A stretch of 64,000 nt of DNA from a virus, in IMG/VR virus record IMGVR_UViG_2884693830_000001, positions 1,459 to 65,458 of that record. The stretch is one strand, 5' to 3'. Of this stretch, positions 28,839 to 37,817 are shown one piece after another. The notes under the pieces were generated by a model. It saw nothing but the letters and a program-made list of their open reading frames with translations, was not told where the DNA came from and made no database searches. A program made the translations under genes and the position numbers. Every line of letters starts with the position of its first letter. Within the stretch, counting starts at the first letter, position 1.

Positions 28839-29272
28839 CGTCGACCATGACGCTGACCGACTGGCGAGGCGTCCCGTACACGATCGGCACGCTGATCGTC
28901 TATCCGCGCGGGTCGGGCGGCGCCATAGAGGTCCAGGAGGGCGAGGTCCTCGACATCTGGGAGGCGGTCTACGACACCGACGTGTTCCGGTGGGTGCGGT
29001 ACGAGCCGAACAACACCGACCACGATGGGCTGGAGCGCGTCACCAGGGTCAAGGTGCAGCCGACCGGCCGCTGCTCCCGCGAGCCCATCCGCCACCAGCA
29101 ACTGCACTACGGCGAGCAGGGCCACATCGTCTTCGACGAGAACGGGCGGCCCGTGCTCGTCCCGGCCAAGGCCAAGCCCGTCGTGCTGCTCATCACCGAG
29201 AACATCACCGTCGCCACCCCCGATTGCCAGTGCTGTACGCCTGGCCAGCACGAAGGAGCCGACCCGGCATGA
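28835..29272 (+). CDS. Hypothetical protein
   Basis: ATGA overlap. Confidence 0.65.
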   Translation: MTSTMTLTDWRGVPYTIGTLIVYPRGSGGAIEVQEGEVLDIWEAVYDTDVFRWVRYEPNNTDHDGLERVTRVKVQPTGRCSREPIRHQQLHYGEQGHIVFDENGRPVLVPAKAKPVVLLITENITVATPDCQCCTPGQHEGADPA

Positions 29273-29829
29273 TCCCGACGTACGGAATCGACTTCGACGG
29301 CGTCATCCACCGCTACGGCAAGGGGTGGTTCGACGGCACGATCTACGACGAGCCGATGCCCGGCGCGTTCGACGGGCTGCACCTGCTGATGCAGCACGGC
29401 GCGGTGTTCATCCACACCAGCCGTGACCCCCTTCAGGTGGGGCTGTGGCTGGGCGAGCGCGGCGGCTTCTCCTGGACCGCGACGGTCGGGAACGACAAGT
29501 TCTGGACGACCAAGGGCCTGCTGCTCATCACCAGCCGGAAGTACCCAGCGAAGGCGTACCTCGACGACCGGGCCGTCAAGTTCACGTCGTGGGAGCTCGC
29601 GCTCGCCGAGCTGCTGCCGCCAGAGCCGCGGCCGGCTGCGGCCGACGCCGCCACGGCGTCCGGACCCGGTGCTGGCCTGGTCACGGTCCCGGTGGAGGAC
29701 CTGCGCACGATCATGCAGCTTGCGCGGTGCCCCGCTGACGGCTTCTTCACCGCTGAGGACCTGGCCGTCATCGAGCGGCTGCACGCCCATCTCCGGAGCG
29801 CGACGCCGGGGAAGGGCGGGGTCCGATGA
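29269..29829 (+). CDS. HAD-superfamily phosphatase/nucleotidase
   Basis: IDFDGVIH (motif I), IHTSR (II), KYPA..YLDDRA (III/IV). Confidence 0.85.
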   Translation: MIPTYGIDFDGVIHRYGKGWFDGTIYDEPMPGAFDGLHLLMQHGAVFIHTSRDPLQVGLWLGERGGFSWTATVGNDKFWTTKGLLLITSRKYPAKAYLDDRAVKFTSWELALAELLPPEPRPAAADAATASGPGAGLVTVPVEDLRTIMQLARCPADGFFTAEDLAVIERLHAHLRSATPGKGGVR

Positions 29830-30071
29830 CCGCCGGGGGGCGGCCGTGCGCTGCTGTGAAGGAGATCGACCTGGGCCTGTCGTGCGGCGCGCCCAGCATC
29901 GCGAAGGTCGTGGCGCGGTGCGCGCACGGGCACGACCGCGAGGGCTGGACGTGCGACCGGCACCTGCAGCAGATGCGCGCCGGGCTCACGTTCTGCTACT
30001 CGTGCTTCATCGCCGCGCATGCCTGCCGCGTGTTCGTGGCCGAGCACGAGGCGGTGGACGCCGATGCGTAG
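29826..30071 (+). CDS. Small Cys-rich protein
   Basis: Multiple Cys/His pairs. Confidence 0.55.
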   Translation: MTAGGRPCAAVKEIDLGLSCGAPSIAKVVARCAHGHDREGWTCDRHLQQMRAGLTFCYSCFIAAHACRVFVAEHEAVDADA

Positions 30072-30432
30072 GGGTTACAGCAGCGACGGCGACGGGTGTG
30101 GCGTCGCGATCGGCGCGGTCGCGGTGCTGTCCGTCGCCGTCGCCATTGTGGCCTTCGGCGGCGGCGAGGACGACGCGGAGGAGGTCGTCGCCGACTGCGT
30201 GATCGCCACCCAGCAGGCGGACGGCACCTACCAGGTGGTGGACGACCGGTACTGCGACGGCGGCTCCCACGCCGCCTACTACCACTGGCTATACGGCTCC
30301 TCCACCACCGGCCGCACCGGGTACGTGCGCGGAGGCACCACGACCAAGCCCGCGAACGCGCAGATCACCACCCGCACCGGCAAGGTGATCTCACGCGGCG
30401 GTTTCGGCGGCCGCGGGACGGGGGGCGGCTGA
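30064..30432 (+). CDS. Membrane-anchored protein with a C-terminal SRGGFG motif (DUF1190-like)
   Basis: N-terminal TM, Cys pair, ends ISRGGFGGRGTGGG. Confidence 0.6.
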   Translation: MRRGYSSDGDGCGVAIGAVAVLSVAVAIVAFGGGEDDAEEVVADCVIATQQADGTYQVVDDRYCDGGSHAAYYHWLYGSSTTGRTGYVRGGTTTKPANAQITTRTGKVISRGGFGGRGTGGG

Positions 30433-31013
30433 TGGTGTCGTCCCCGAGGGCAAGGGTCAGCGTCGACCAGCGGCAGCACATGGCCCGCACCCTCCACGCC
30501 ACCCTGCAGAGCAGCGGAGTGTCGCCGGAGCAGGCCCGGCGCGCCGTGTACAGCTTCTTCTTCACGGACGTGTCGGCCTGGTGCGAACCGGACTGGTTCA
30601 CCCTCGGCTACACCGGGTGGAGGCACGCGTCCCGGGAGAAGGTGCAGGCCGACCTGACGCAGCTGCGCGCCAAGGTCGGCCCGATGCGGTTGATCGTCGG
30701 CTTCGACCCGGAGAAACGCATCCCGGGCGGCGGCGACATGGCGGCCTACGACTGGGCGATGGCAGCGCCGGGCGTGGTGGTGGAGTGCCTGCCCGCGCCG
30801 TGGGGCGTCCCCGAGCTGGACAAGTCCGCAGGGCCGTACCGGAACGGCGCGATCGTGGAGCGGACCCTGGCTGCGGTTGGCGGGAAAGCGCTGCTGGCAC
30901 ATCTGCATCCGGCGTCGCGCGGCGCGGCCGGCACCGCGGCGTACGCCACGTTCCGGGGCCTGAAGGTGATCGAGAAGTTGGCGGTGATGCCGCGAGAGGA
31001 GGGGCGGCGGTGA
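30432..31013 (+). CDS. SLOG-family (DUF2493/YspA-like) protein
   Basis: YTGWRH, GGGDMAAYDWA, W...KSAGPYRNGAIV, GTAA. Confidence 0.75.
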   Translation: MVSSPRARVSVDQRQHMARTLHATLQSSGVSPEQARRAVYSFFFTDVSAWCEPDWFTLGYTGWRHASREKVQADLTQLRAKVGPMRLIVGFDPEKRIPGGGDMAAYDWAMAAPGVVVECLPAPWGVPELDKSAGPYRNGAIVERTLAAVGGKALLAHLHPASRGAAGTAAYATFRGLKVIEKLAVMPREEGRR

Positions 31014-31288
31014 GCGATGACCCGTTCGAGCTGGCGTGCGTCATCGTCGATGAGGGCGGTGGCGACGAGCCGTGCGGCCGGGACACCGTGATGGTGCTGT
31101 TCATGGGGTGCGTCCACGAGCACATGGGCAACACCCCGGTGTGCCAGTTCCATGTGCAGTGCGCGGCGGACGGGGAGCTGCTGTGCCCGGACTGCTACGA
31201 GCTGGCCGGGGAGCGGCAGCACTCATGCCGCCTCGACGTCCTGGCTGAGGTGACGAGCTCGGGGGAGATCCGTGTTCTCCAAGGCTGA
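31010..31288 (+). CDS. Small Cys-rich protein
   Basis: C..C, CVHEH, CQFH, CPDC. Confidence 0.55.
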   Translation: MSDDPFELACVIVDEGGGDEPCGRDTVMVLFMGCVHEHMGNTPVCQFHVQCAADGELLCPDCYELAGERQHSCRLDVLAEVTSSGEIRVLQG

Positions 31289-31805
31289 TGTCCGCCGCTG
31301 CAGGGGGTTCGGCGTCAAGCCGTCGTGCGGGCAGCTGGTCCGGTGGACGAGGACAGAGGCGGGCGCGCCGTTCCCCGTGAACCTCGCCCCGGACCCGAAG
31401 GGCAACACGGCGGTGTGGCGCGACGTGGCCGGTGTGCTGCGGTCGCGTCGCGTCACCAAGGAGAGGCCTCTCGCGCCGTGGGAGAAGCTGATGATGCCGC
31501 ACGTCGCGACGTGCACGCCGCCACCTCGGAGACCACCGCCGCGGCCGCCGCGCCCCCCGAAGGCGAGGCCGGCGGCGGGCGAGACGTTCTACCAGGTGCT
31601 CGGCGTGGAGCGGGGCGCGAGCGACGACGACATCAAGCGGGCGTACCGGCGGCTGGCCCGGCAGCTGCACCCGGACGTCAACCCGGACCCGGGCGCGGCC
31701 GAGCGGTTCAAGCGGGTGACGGAGGCGTACGACGTGCTGTCGAACCCGAGCAAGCGGAAGACGTACGACCTGACCGGCCGGGCGCCGCGCCCTGGCCGGC
31801 GGTGA
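31272..31805 (+). CDS. J-domain (DnaJ-like) protein with an N-terminal Cys/His domain
   Basis: [58 protein letters not shown] with intact HPD. Confidence 0.9.
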   Translation: MFSKADVRRCRGFGVKPSCGQLVRWTRTEAGAPFPVNLAPDPKGNTAVWRDVAGVLRSRRVTKERPLAPWEKLMMPHVATCTPPPRRPPPRPPRPPKARPAAGETFYQVLGVERGASDDDIKRAYRRLARQLHPDVNPDPGAAERFKRVTEAYDVLSNPSKRKTYDLTGRAPRPGRR

Positions 31806-31941
31806 CGTGTTGGGAGGAAAGCTGATGGCAGATGGTAGAGGCCAGCAAAAGGGCTGGCGTTACGGTGTGGGTGCCGTGAGCGGCCGGTGTGACCTGATAT
31901 GACCGCCCTTCCCTCAAGGACGATGATGCACGACAGGGGGA

Positions 31942-32337
31942 GTGGTGGCCGAAAGCCTGGTCGGGGAGGTGTGTGCCTGGCTCGACACGCCTGCAGCGCA
32001 GGGGATGACGACAGCGGAGCGGCTGACGCTCCTCATCATCGCCGAGCGCAGCAACAAGAAGACCCGGCAGATGTGGGCGTATAAGGGCGACGGGAAGACG
32101 TTGACGGATGTCATCGCGGCCCGGGTCGGCGTCGAGGCGGACAGCCTGACGAAGGTGTTCCGGCGTCTCGCCGCGCGGGGCCTGGAGGTGCGGGTCCCGA
32201 TCGGCGTCAACGGCAAGGGCCAGCCGGTGTTCGCGGTTCGTGGGCGCGCCAGCGACTACGTGCTGCCGGAACTGCCGGCGTCGGTCGAGCTGCCGCCCCC
32301 ACGGCGGCCTAAGCCCGGATCACCGTCCGGGCAATGA
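31942..32337 (+). CDS. Replication initiator-like winged-HTH protein (short or split)
   Basis: AERLTLLIIAE...VIAARVGV...LTKVFRRLAARGLEVR...GRASDY; stops inside a repeat array. Confidence 0.6.
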   Translation: MVAESLVGEVCAWLDTPAAQGMTTAERLTLLIIAERSNKKTRQMWAYKGDGKTLTDVIAARVGVEADSLTKVFRRLAARGLEVRVPIGVNGKGQPVFAVRGRASDYVLPELPASVELPPPRRPKPGSPSGQ

Positions 32338-32470
32338 CGAGGCGGGGAGCCTGTGGATAACTCGTCCACGGGCCCCCCGAAACCGACAGAAAGCCCGGAC
32401 CACCGTCCGGGCAATCGCGGACGAGAATCCGGGCAATCGGCCGAAATGCCCGGACGAGCGTCCGGGCCCA
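32314..32470 (+). repeat. Four 22-bp iteron-like repeats (probable origin)
   Basis: CCCGGATCACCGTCCGGGCAAT (32314), CCCGGACCACCGTCCGGGCAAT (32394), CGCGGACGAGAATCCGGGCAAT (32416), CCCGGACGAGCGTCCGGGCCCA (32449); followed by a relatively AT-rich CCTATAG repeat. Confidence 0.7.
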
Positions 32471-32601
32471 TCCCTATAGAAGCTCCCTATCTATCCCTAT
32501 AGACACACTCCTCGCCGTACGGGGCTAAGGAGGAAGAGGAAAGATCAGCCGCCCGAAGAAGAAGATCACGCATCACTCACGCAAGCACGAAGGACCCACC
32601 C

Positions 32602-32916
32602 ATGACCCGCACTCGACACGACGACAAACCCACCCTCCGCCACGCCTACGGCCCCCTCGCCGCACTCCTCACCGAAATGCGCGCCGACTGGGACCTCGAC
32701 CAAGTCCTCCGCGAACTCACCAGCTGCCCCTGGAACCCCCACCTCGTCCTCCAAGCCTTCCTCGCCGCACGAGACGACCCCAACGACCGCCTCCGCGTCC
32801 GCGACGCCGTCCTCCCCATCCGCTCCCAACAACAGCGACTCACCCCCGAACAGCACGCCGCCCACCGCGCCCACGCAGAACGCATCATCAACCGACGCCA
32901 CGGAGGCAACGCATGA
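32602..32916 (+). CDS. Hypothetical protein (resembles the C-terminal part of actinophage replication proteins)
   Basis: GAAGGA RBS; LAALLTEMRADWD motif. Confidence 0.55.
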   Translation: MTRTRHDDKPTLRHAYGPLAALLTEMRADWDLDQVLRELTSCPWNPHLVLQAFLAARDDPNDRLRVRDAVLPIRSQQQRLTPEQHAAHRAHAERIINRRHGGNA

Positions 32917-33179
32917 GCATCCACACAATCGTCCTCAGCTGCGACAACTGCGCCGTCCTCTGCGGCATCACCGCGCCCACCAGCATCAACGACGCCCGAG
33001 GAACAGCATCCGCAGCCTTCGGATGGACCAAAACCGGAAACACCGACCACTGCCAGACCTGCAGCAGCCAACACGCCCCCGGCACCCCCTCCTCGTCGCT
33101 GATGGGTTTCAACCACGACGCCACGGACACGCACGGACCCACCCAGGACCCCCCTAGAACGCGCTCAGACGCAAGCTGA
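32913..33179 (+). CDS. Small Zn-ribbon protein
   Basis: LSCDNC...GW...DHCQTC. Confidence 0.6.
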   Translation: MSIHTIVLSCDNCAVLCGITAPTSINDARGTASAAFGWTKTGNTDHCQTCSSQHAPGTPSSSLMGFNHDATDTHGPTQDPPRTRSDAS

Positions 33180-33399
33180 AGCGCTCGCATGACGGACTGG
33201 TCCCATTACGCACGGAACATGATCAAAAACGCTCCACGGGCAAACCAGCGCCACACAAGGACAAACGGACACACAAGCCAAAAGAAGGACACCAAAAGAA
33301 GAAGCGATAGCCAGGCCACAACGTCGGACCTGCGAAAACTCCCGGAAAAAGCACCGACAGGGGTTGTCTCGAAAACGCAACAACCCATAGGGTTGGGGC

Positions 33400-34077
33400 A
33401 TGAGATACACGAGAGCGCACGGGAGATCAGCGGGGGCAGCCGCCGCCGCCCTCGCGTGCGCATGCCTGCTCACGCCACCCCTGGCATGGGGGTCCGCCAT
33501 GTCCCCGGCGGAGCCGCCCCCCACGGTGACGGCGGAGCCCCCGGTGACGGTCACCACCACGGCGACCGTTACCGTGACCGCCCCCGGCCCCACCACCACG
33601 GCCCCGGGTCCCACCACGACGGTGACGGCCCCGGGACCCACCACCACGGTGACCGCCCCCGGTCCCACCACTACCCGGACGGTCACCACGACCGCCCCCG
33701 CACCCCCCACGCCACCGACACCCCCGACGCCCCCGGCCCCCACGGTGTTCGTGACCACGGGACCCCTGCCCACCTTGCAGGGACCCGCCACGGGGGGAAT
33801 CCCCACCACGCCCGCCACGTCCGGGGAGGACCTGCACATGCCCATGGCGGCATGCGCGACCCCGCCGGTACCCAACGTGGCGTGCGTCCCCGCACCGCCC
33901 GTGCCGACCGTCACCTTGACCGCCGCCCCGGCGGCCATGGACGGACCCATGGGCGTTGCCCTCTCTGCCCTCGGCGTCGTCGCCGTAGGGTCCGCCGGTA
34001 CGGCTGTCTGGCTCTACCGTCGTTCACGCAAGCAAAACCGCTCGCGTAAGGTCCCAACCAACCCGCAGGAGAACTGA
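33400..34077 (+). CDS. Secreted or surface-anchored Thr/Pro-rich protein
   Basis: Signal peptide, TVTAPGPTT repeats, C-terminal TM and basic tail (YRRSRK). Confidence 0.7.
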   Translation: MRYTRAHGRSAGAAAAALACACLLTPPLAWGSAMSPAEPPPTVTAEPPVTVTTTATVTVTAPGPTTTAPGPTTTVTAPGPTTTVTAPGPTTTRTVTTTAPAPPTPPTPPTPPAPTVFVTTGPLPTLQGPATGGIPTTPATSGEDLHMPMAACATPPVPNVACVPAPPVPTVTLTAAPAAMDGPMGVALSALGVVAVGSAGTAVWLYRRSRKQNRSRKVPTNPQEN

Positions 34078-34079
34078 TC

Positions 34080-34703
34080 ATGTCGGAGAACACGACCGCC
34101 GCCGCCTCTGAGGTCAAGCTGACTGAGGAGCAGGCCACCATCCTTCTGCCCGTGTTCGCGTGGCTGACCCGCGCCGAGACCCCCAAGGGGGGCAGCGCTC
34201 GCGGAACCGCGTCGTTCTGGTCGTTCGTCGGGGGCATGCGCCCGAGCATCGCGACCCTGGTCGCGCTCCACCAGATGGAGCAGCTTGCCGGGGACACCCT
34301 GGTCGGGGAAGACCTGATCGACGTTCCCGACGTCGAGAACTACCCGGCGATGTTCGTCTACACGAAGGGGTCGGGGAAGACCGCGAAGCGACTCACGACC
34401 CGTCGTGAGTACGGGATGTTCCTGCTCCACGTGGACGCGGAACACCCTCTCGCTAAGCCCGCCGGTGTCAGCGTCTCGGACCTCACGAAGTGGATCAAGG
34501 ACGTCATGCCCGACGCCATGGACCGGATCAAGGCCCAGCGTGAAGCGGCCCGCAAGGCGGCGGAGCGTCGCGCGGCGGCGGAGAACCTGGAGAACACCAT
34601 CGCGAACCTTCGGGCCGCTATCGAGGTCGCGGAGAAGAACGGCATGGACGTGACCGCCCAGCGCGCCATGCTCGCGGCCTTCGAGGAGCAGGCCCAGCAG
34701 TAG
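34080..34703 (+). CDS. Hypothetical protein with a C-terminal coiled coil
   Basis: CAGGAG RBS; GC3 bias. Confidence 0.7.
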   Translation: MSENTTAAASEVKLTEEQATILLPVFAWLTRAETPKGGSARGTASFWSFVGGMRPSIATLVALHQMEQLAGDTLVGEDLIDVPDVENYPAMFVYTKGSGKTAKRLTTRREYGMFLLHVDAEHPLAKPAGVSVSDLTKWIKDVMPDAMDRIKAQREAARKAAERRAAAENLENTIANLRAAIEVAEKNGMDVTAQRAMLAAFEEQAQQ

Positions 34704-34775
34704 CACCACAGCCGGGCCGCGTACCCGCGCGGCCCGGCTTCCCTCCCAACCAACCCACAGCCGGGAAGGCAACCC

Positions 34776-35177
34776 ATGTACAACACGACCCCCACGAACG
34801 CCCTGATCGACGAGACGGCCGAGCTGTACGCGCTTGCCATGGCAGAGCTCCACATCATCGGTCGCGTCATCCTGTCCACGTCCGGCGAACCCCGGCGGAC
34901 CGTGTTCCTGATGGATGACCACTGCGAAGCCGTCCACAAGGCCGCGATCTTCTGGCACGAGGGCATTGCCGCGCCTCTGGCCGACGCCCACAACGCCGCG
35001 CATGACCTGATGGGCATCACGCTTGCCCGTAAGCAGGTCAACGCCCCGGCGAACAGTCCTCACGAGGTCGCGGTTCGCCAGGAGATCAAGCGGCTTCGCC
35101 TCACGATGGCGGAGAGCGAAGCCGCGATCCGTCGCGAGATGGCGCAGGTTCTCAGGAACCCGACCAGGTACATCTAG
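34776..35177 (+). CDS. Hypothetical protein
   Basis: GGAAGG RBS; follows a hairpin. Confidence 0.65.
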   Translation: MYNTTPTNALIDETAELYALAMAELHIIGRVILSTSGEPRRTVFLMDDHCEAVHKAAIFWHEGIAAPLADAHNAAHDLMGITLARKQVNAPANSPHEVAVRQEIKRLRLTMAESEAAIRREMAQVLRNPTRYI

Positions 35178-35301
35178 CGATCAGCGTGTCTCCGCGCCCC
35201 ACGTGCTTCCGCGCGTGGGGCGCTTTCGCGTTCACCGGCCGACCGGCGCGCGCGACCCCCCCACCCCCCCGCCGGCCGCTGGGGGGCGGGTGCGGTTGGT
35301 G

Positions 35302-36736
35302 GTTCACGTCCAGGGAGATGGTGTGCGGGTGATCTAGCCCATGCTGTGGTGTGGGAGAGATCCATGTGACAAGAGACGGCCACTCCGTAATCCTTCGATT
35401 CGCTCATATCAACACGAAGGGGACGAAGTGGCCGTCAATGACATTGTGCCCGCTGCCGGGGAGTACTTGGAAGACACCCTCGCCGCGGCGAGCCCGGACC
35501 TGCTCCGGACGATGATCCGCGAGTTCGCCCAGCGGATGATGGACGCCGAGGTCGAGCAGCTGTGCGGCGCCGGCTACGGCGAGGTGTCCAGCGAGCGGGT
35601 CAACACCCGCAACGGCTACCGCGCCCGGCCGTGGGACACCCGCGCCGGAAGCATCGAGCTGGCCGTGCCCCGGCTGCGGCAAGGCTCCTACTTCCCGGAC
35701 TTCCTGCTGGACAAGCGACGCCGGGCCGAGCGGGCGCTGACCAGTGTGGTGGCGACCAGCTACCTGCTCGGGGTGTCGACGCGGCGGGTGGAGAAGCTGG
35801 CCGAGGCGATGGGCATCACCTCGCTGTCGAAGTCGCAGGTCTCGGCGATGGCCGCCGAACTCGACGCGATGGTCGAGCAGTTCCGGTCCCGGCCGTTGGA
35901 CGCCGGCCCGTACACGTTCGTCTGGATCGACGCGCTGACCCAGAAGGTCCGTGAGGGCGGCCGGACGGTGAGCGTGCATGCCCTGGTCGCCACCGGCGTC
36001 AACGCCGACGGGCAGCGGGAGATTCTCGGCCTGGACGTCGTCTCCAGTGAAGATGGCGCGGGCTGGCTGGCGTTTCTGCGCAGCCTGGTCGCGCGCGGCC
36101 TGTCCGGCGTGCTGATGGTGACCTCCGACTGTCATGCCGGGCTGCGTGACGCGATCGCCTCCACCTTGCCGGGCGCGTCCTGGCAGAGATGTCGGACGCA
36201 CTACGCGCGGAATTTGATCACGCGCGTTCCGAAGTCGGCCCAGCCGTGGGTGGCCACCATGCTGCGCACCGTTTTCGAGCAGCCCGACGCCGAGTCGGTC
36301 TACGCCCAGCATCGTCATGTCGTGCAGGCGCTGGAGGCCAAGTACCCCAAGGCGGCCGAGCATCTGGACGAGGCCCGCGACGACATTCTGGCCTTCGCCG
36401 CCTTCCCCAAGGCCGTCTGGCGTCAGACATGGAGCAACAACCCCCAGGAGCGCCTGAACAAGGAGATCCGCAGGCGGACCGACGTGGTCGGCATCTTCCC
36501 CAACCGCGACTCGATCATCCGCCTCGTCGGCGCAGTGCTGGCCGAGCAGAACGACGAGTGGACCGAGCAGCGCCGCTATATGGGGCTGGAGGTCCTCGCC
36601 GAGTGCCGCAAGAACACCGCATCACCCGATCTCGAAAACAAGACAAACGATGCTAAAGTGACTACTGAGGCGATAGCTTCCTAATAGTCACCGATTACGG
36701 GTGACCTTCTCAAACACCACTTCCCTGGGCGCGGCC
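35302..36736 (+). mobile_element. IS256-family insertion sequence (1435 bp) with an 8-bp target duplication
   Basis: GGTTGGTG duplicated at 35294-35301 and 36737-36744; imperfect terminal IRs sharing CCAGGGA..TGGTGT. Confidence 0.92.
35428..36684 (+). CDS. IS256-family (mutator) transposase
   Basis: RNGYR, GVSTRRV, FVWIDA, VTSDCHAGL, WQRCRTH, SNNPQERLNKEIRRRT; start inferred from GAAGGGG RBS. Confidence 0.93.
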   Translation: MAVNDIVPAAGEYLEDTLAAASPDLLRTMIREFAQRMMDAEVEQLCGAGYGEVSSERVNTRNGYRARPWDTRAGSIELAVPRLRQGSYFPDFLLDKRRRAERALTSVVATSYLLGVSTRRVEKLAEAMGITSLSKSQVSAMAAELDAMVEQFRSRPLDAGPYTFVWIDALTQKVREGGRTVSVHALVATGVNADGQREILGLDVVSSEDGAGWLAFLRSLVARGLSGVLMVTSDCHAGLRDAIASTLPGASWQRCRTHYARNLITRVPKSAQPWVATMLRTVFEQPDAESVYAQHRHVVQALEAKYPKAAEHLDEARDDILAFAAFPKAVWRQTWSNNPQERLNKEIRRRTDVVGIFPNRDSIIRLVGAVLAEQNDEWTEQRRYMGLEVLAECRKNTASPDLENKTNDAKVTTEAIAS

Positions 36737-36807
36737 GGTTGGTGTCGGTGTGTTGTGCTGGCCTGGTCTGTCTGTCTGCCTGCCTTGGCTCTGCTGGTGT
36801 GTGGTGC

Positions 36808-37074
36808 ATGCTGGTTGGTGTGTGGGTGTCGTTTGAGGTGGCTGCTGGTCGTGTGGGTGTGGATCGGTCGACGGTGGGCCGGTGGGTGTCGTCGGGGCGT
36901 CTCCGGTGTCTGGTGGTTGACGCGTCGACGGGGTTGCCGCGGCCGCGCCGGCGTGGGGAGGCGGGGGGCCTGGTGGAGCTGCGGGAGTTGTTGGAGGTGG
37001 AGTTGGAGCGTCGTCGTTCCCGTGGCAGGCCGGGGCCGAGGTTGCGAGGATTGGGGGGTGGAGATGCAGGGTGA
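36808..37074 (+). CDS. HTH DNA-binding protein
   Basis: VSFEVAAGRVGVDRSTVGRWVSSGRL. Confidence 0.6.
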   Translation: MLVGVWVSFEVAAGRVGVDRSTVGRWVSSGRLRCLVVDASTGLPRPRRRGEAGGLVELRELLEVELERRRSRGRPGPRLRGLGGGDAG

Positions 37075-37285
37075 GTTGACGGTGGAGCAGGCGGCGGACG
37101 TGTTGAACGTGTCGCCGGAGTTCGTGGTCCGGCTGTTGGATGAGGGGGCGATCCCTTCCCACGGTGTTGGCGAGGATCGGCGGGTCGCGGCCGAGGATGT
37201 GGAGGAGTTCCGGCGCGCCGATGATGAGCGTCGGCGCGCGGCTGCGGATGAGTTGGGGCGGCTGGGCCAGGAGTTGGACACCTGA
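37064..37285 (+). CDS. Excisionase-family HTH protein
   Basis: ELTVEQAADVLNVSPEFVVRLLDEGAIP..VGEDRRVAAEDV. Confidence 0.8.
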   Translation: MQGELTVEQAADVLNVSPEFVVRLLDEGAIPSHGVGEDRRVAAEDVEEFRRADDERRRAAADELGRLGQELDT

Positions 37286-37471
37286 TTGCGCGAGGTGGGA
37301 ACGTCGGCGGGTCTTCGCCAGCGGCAGCGAGGCTTGTGCGCCCCGCAGCGGACTTGTTGCGGGTTCGCCCTGTGGAGCGCGATCTAACCGCGCAACGAGG
37401 CGCGCCTGTGTGATGATGCGGATACCAGCTCAGCGCAAGGCCGCCGACTTGGTGGCTGGAGGAGGTGGACC

Positions 37472-37738
37472 GTGGAAGTTCTAGCGCTTCTGGTGTTGAT
37501 CGGTCTGGTCATCTGGGCGTTGGACGGCTCGGGCAGTGGTTCCGGCAGTGGTTCCGGCAGTAGATCGGTCGGCAGCACTCGCAGCGCCAACAGGTACGCG
37601 AGGCGGGTCCAACGGAAGCGCGACCGGGAGCTTGACAACCTTGTGAGGAAGTACCGCGAGTCCGAGGGTGGCGCCGGGTATGGCGGGGGCCGGGGTGATG
37701 GAGGCTTCGGTGGAGATGGGGGCGACGGCGGCGACTGA
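37472..37738 (+). CDS. Small membrane protein with Gly/Ser repeats
   Basis: GGAGG RBS, N-terminal TM, GSGSGS and Gly-rich tail. Confidence 0.55.
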   Translation: MEVLALLVLIGLVIWALDGSGSGSGSGSGSRSVGSTRSANRYARRVQRKRDRELDNLVRKYRESEGGAGYGGGRGDGGFGGDGGDGGD

Positions 37739-37817
37739 CCGCTCTTCACCAGCTCAACAGGTTTCCGATGGAAGTATGGGCCGGTAACGATCTGTTGCTG
37801 GCCTGCGATTCCCTGTC

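Noticed and set aside
32314-32470. Repeat array as a CRISPR
   Set aside because: Only four degenerate copies with irregular or zero spacing and no cas genes. It fits iterons better.
33540-33740. Tandem DNA repeats (ACGGTGACGGCCCCGGG...)
   Set aside because: Explained by the TVTAPGPTT coding repeats of the surface protein.
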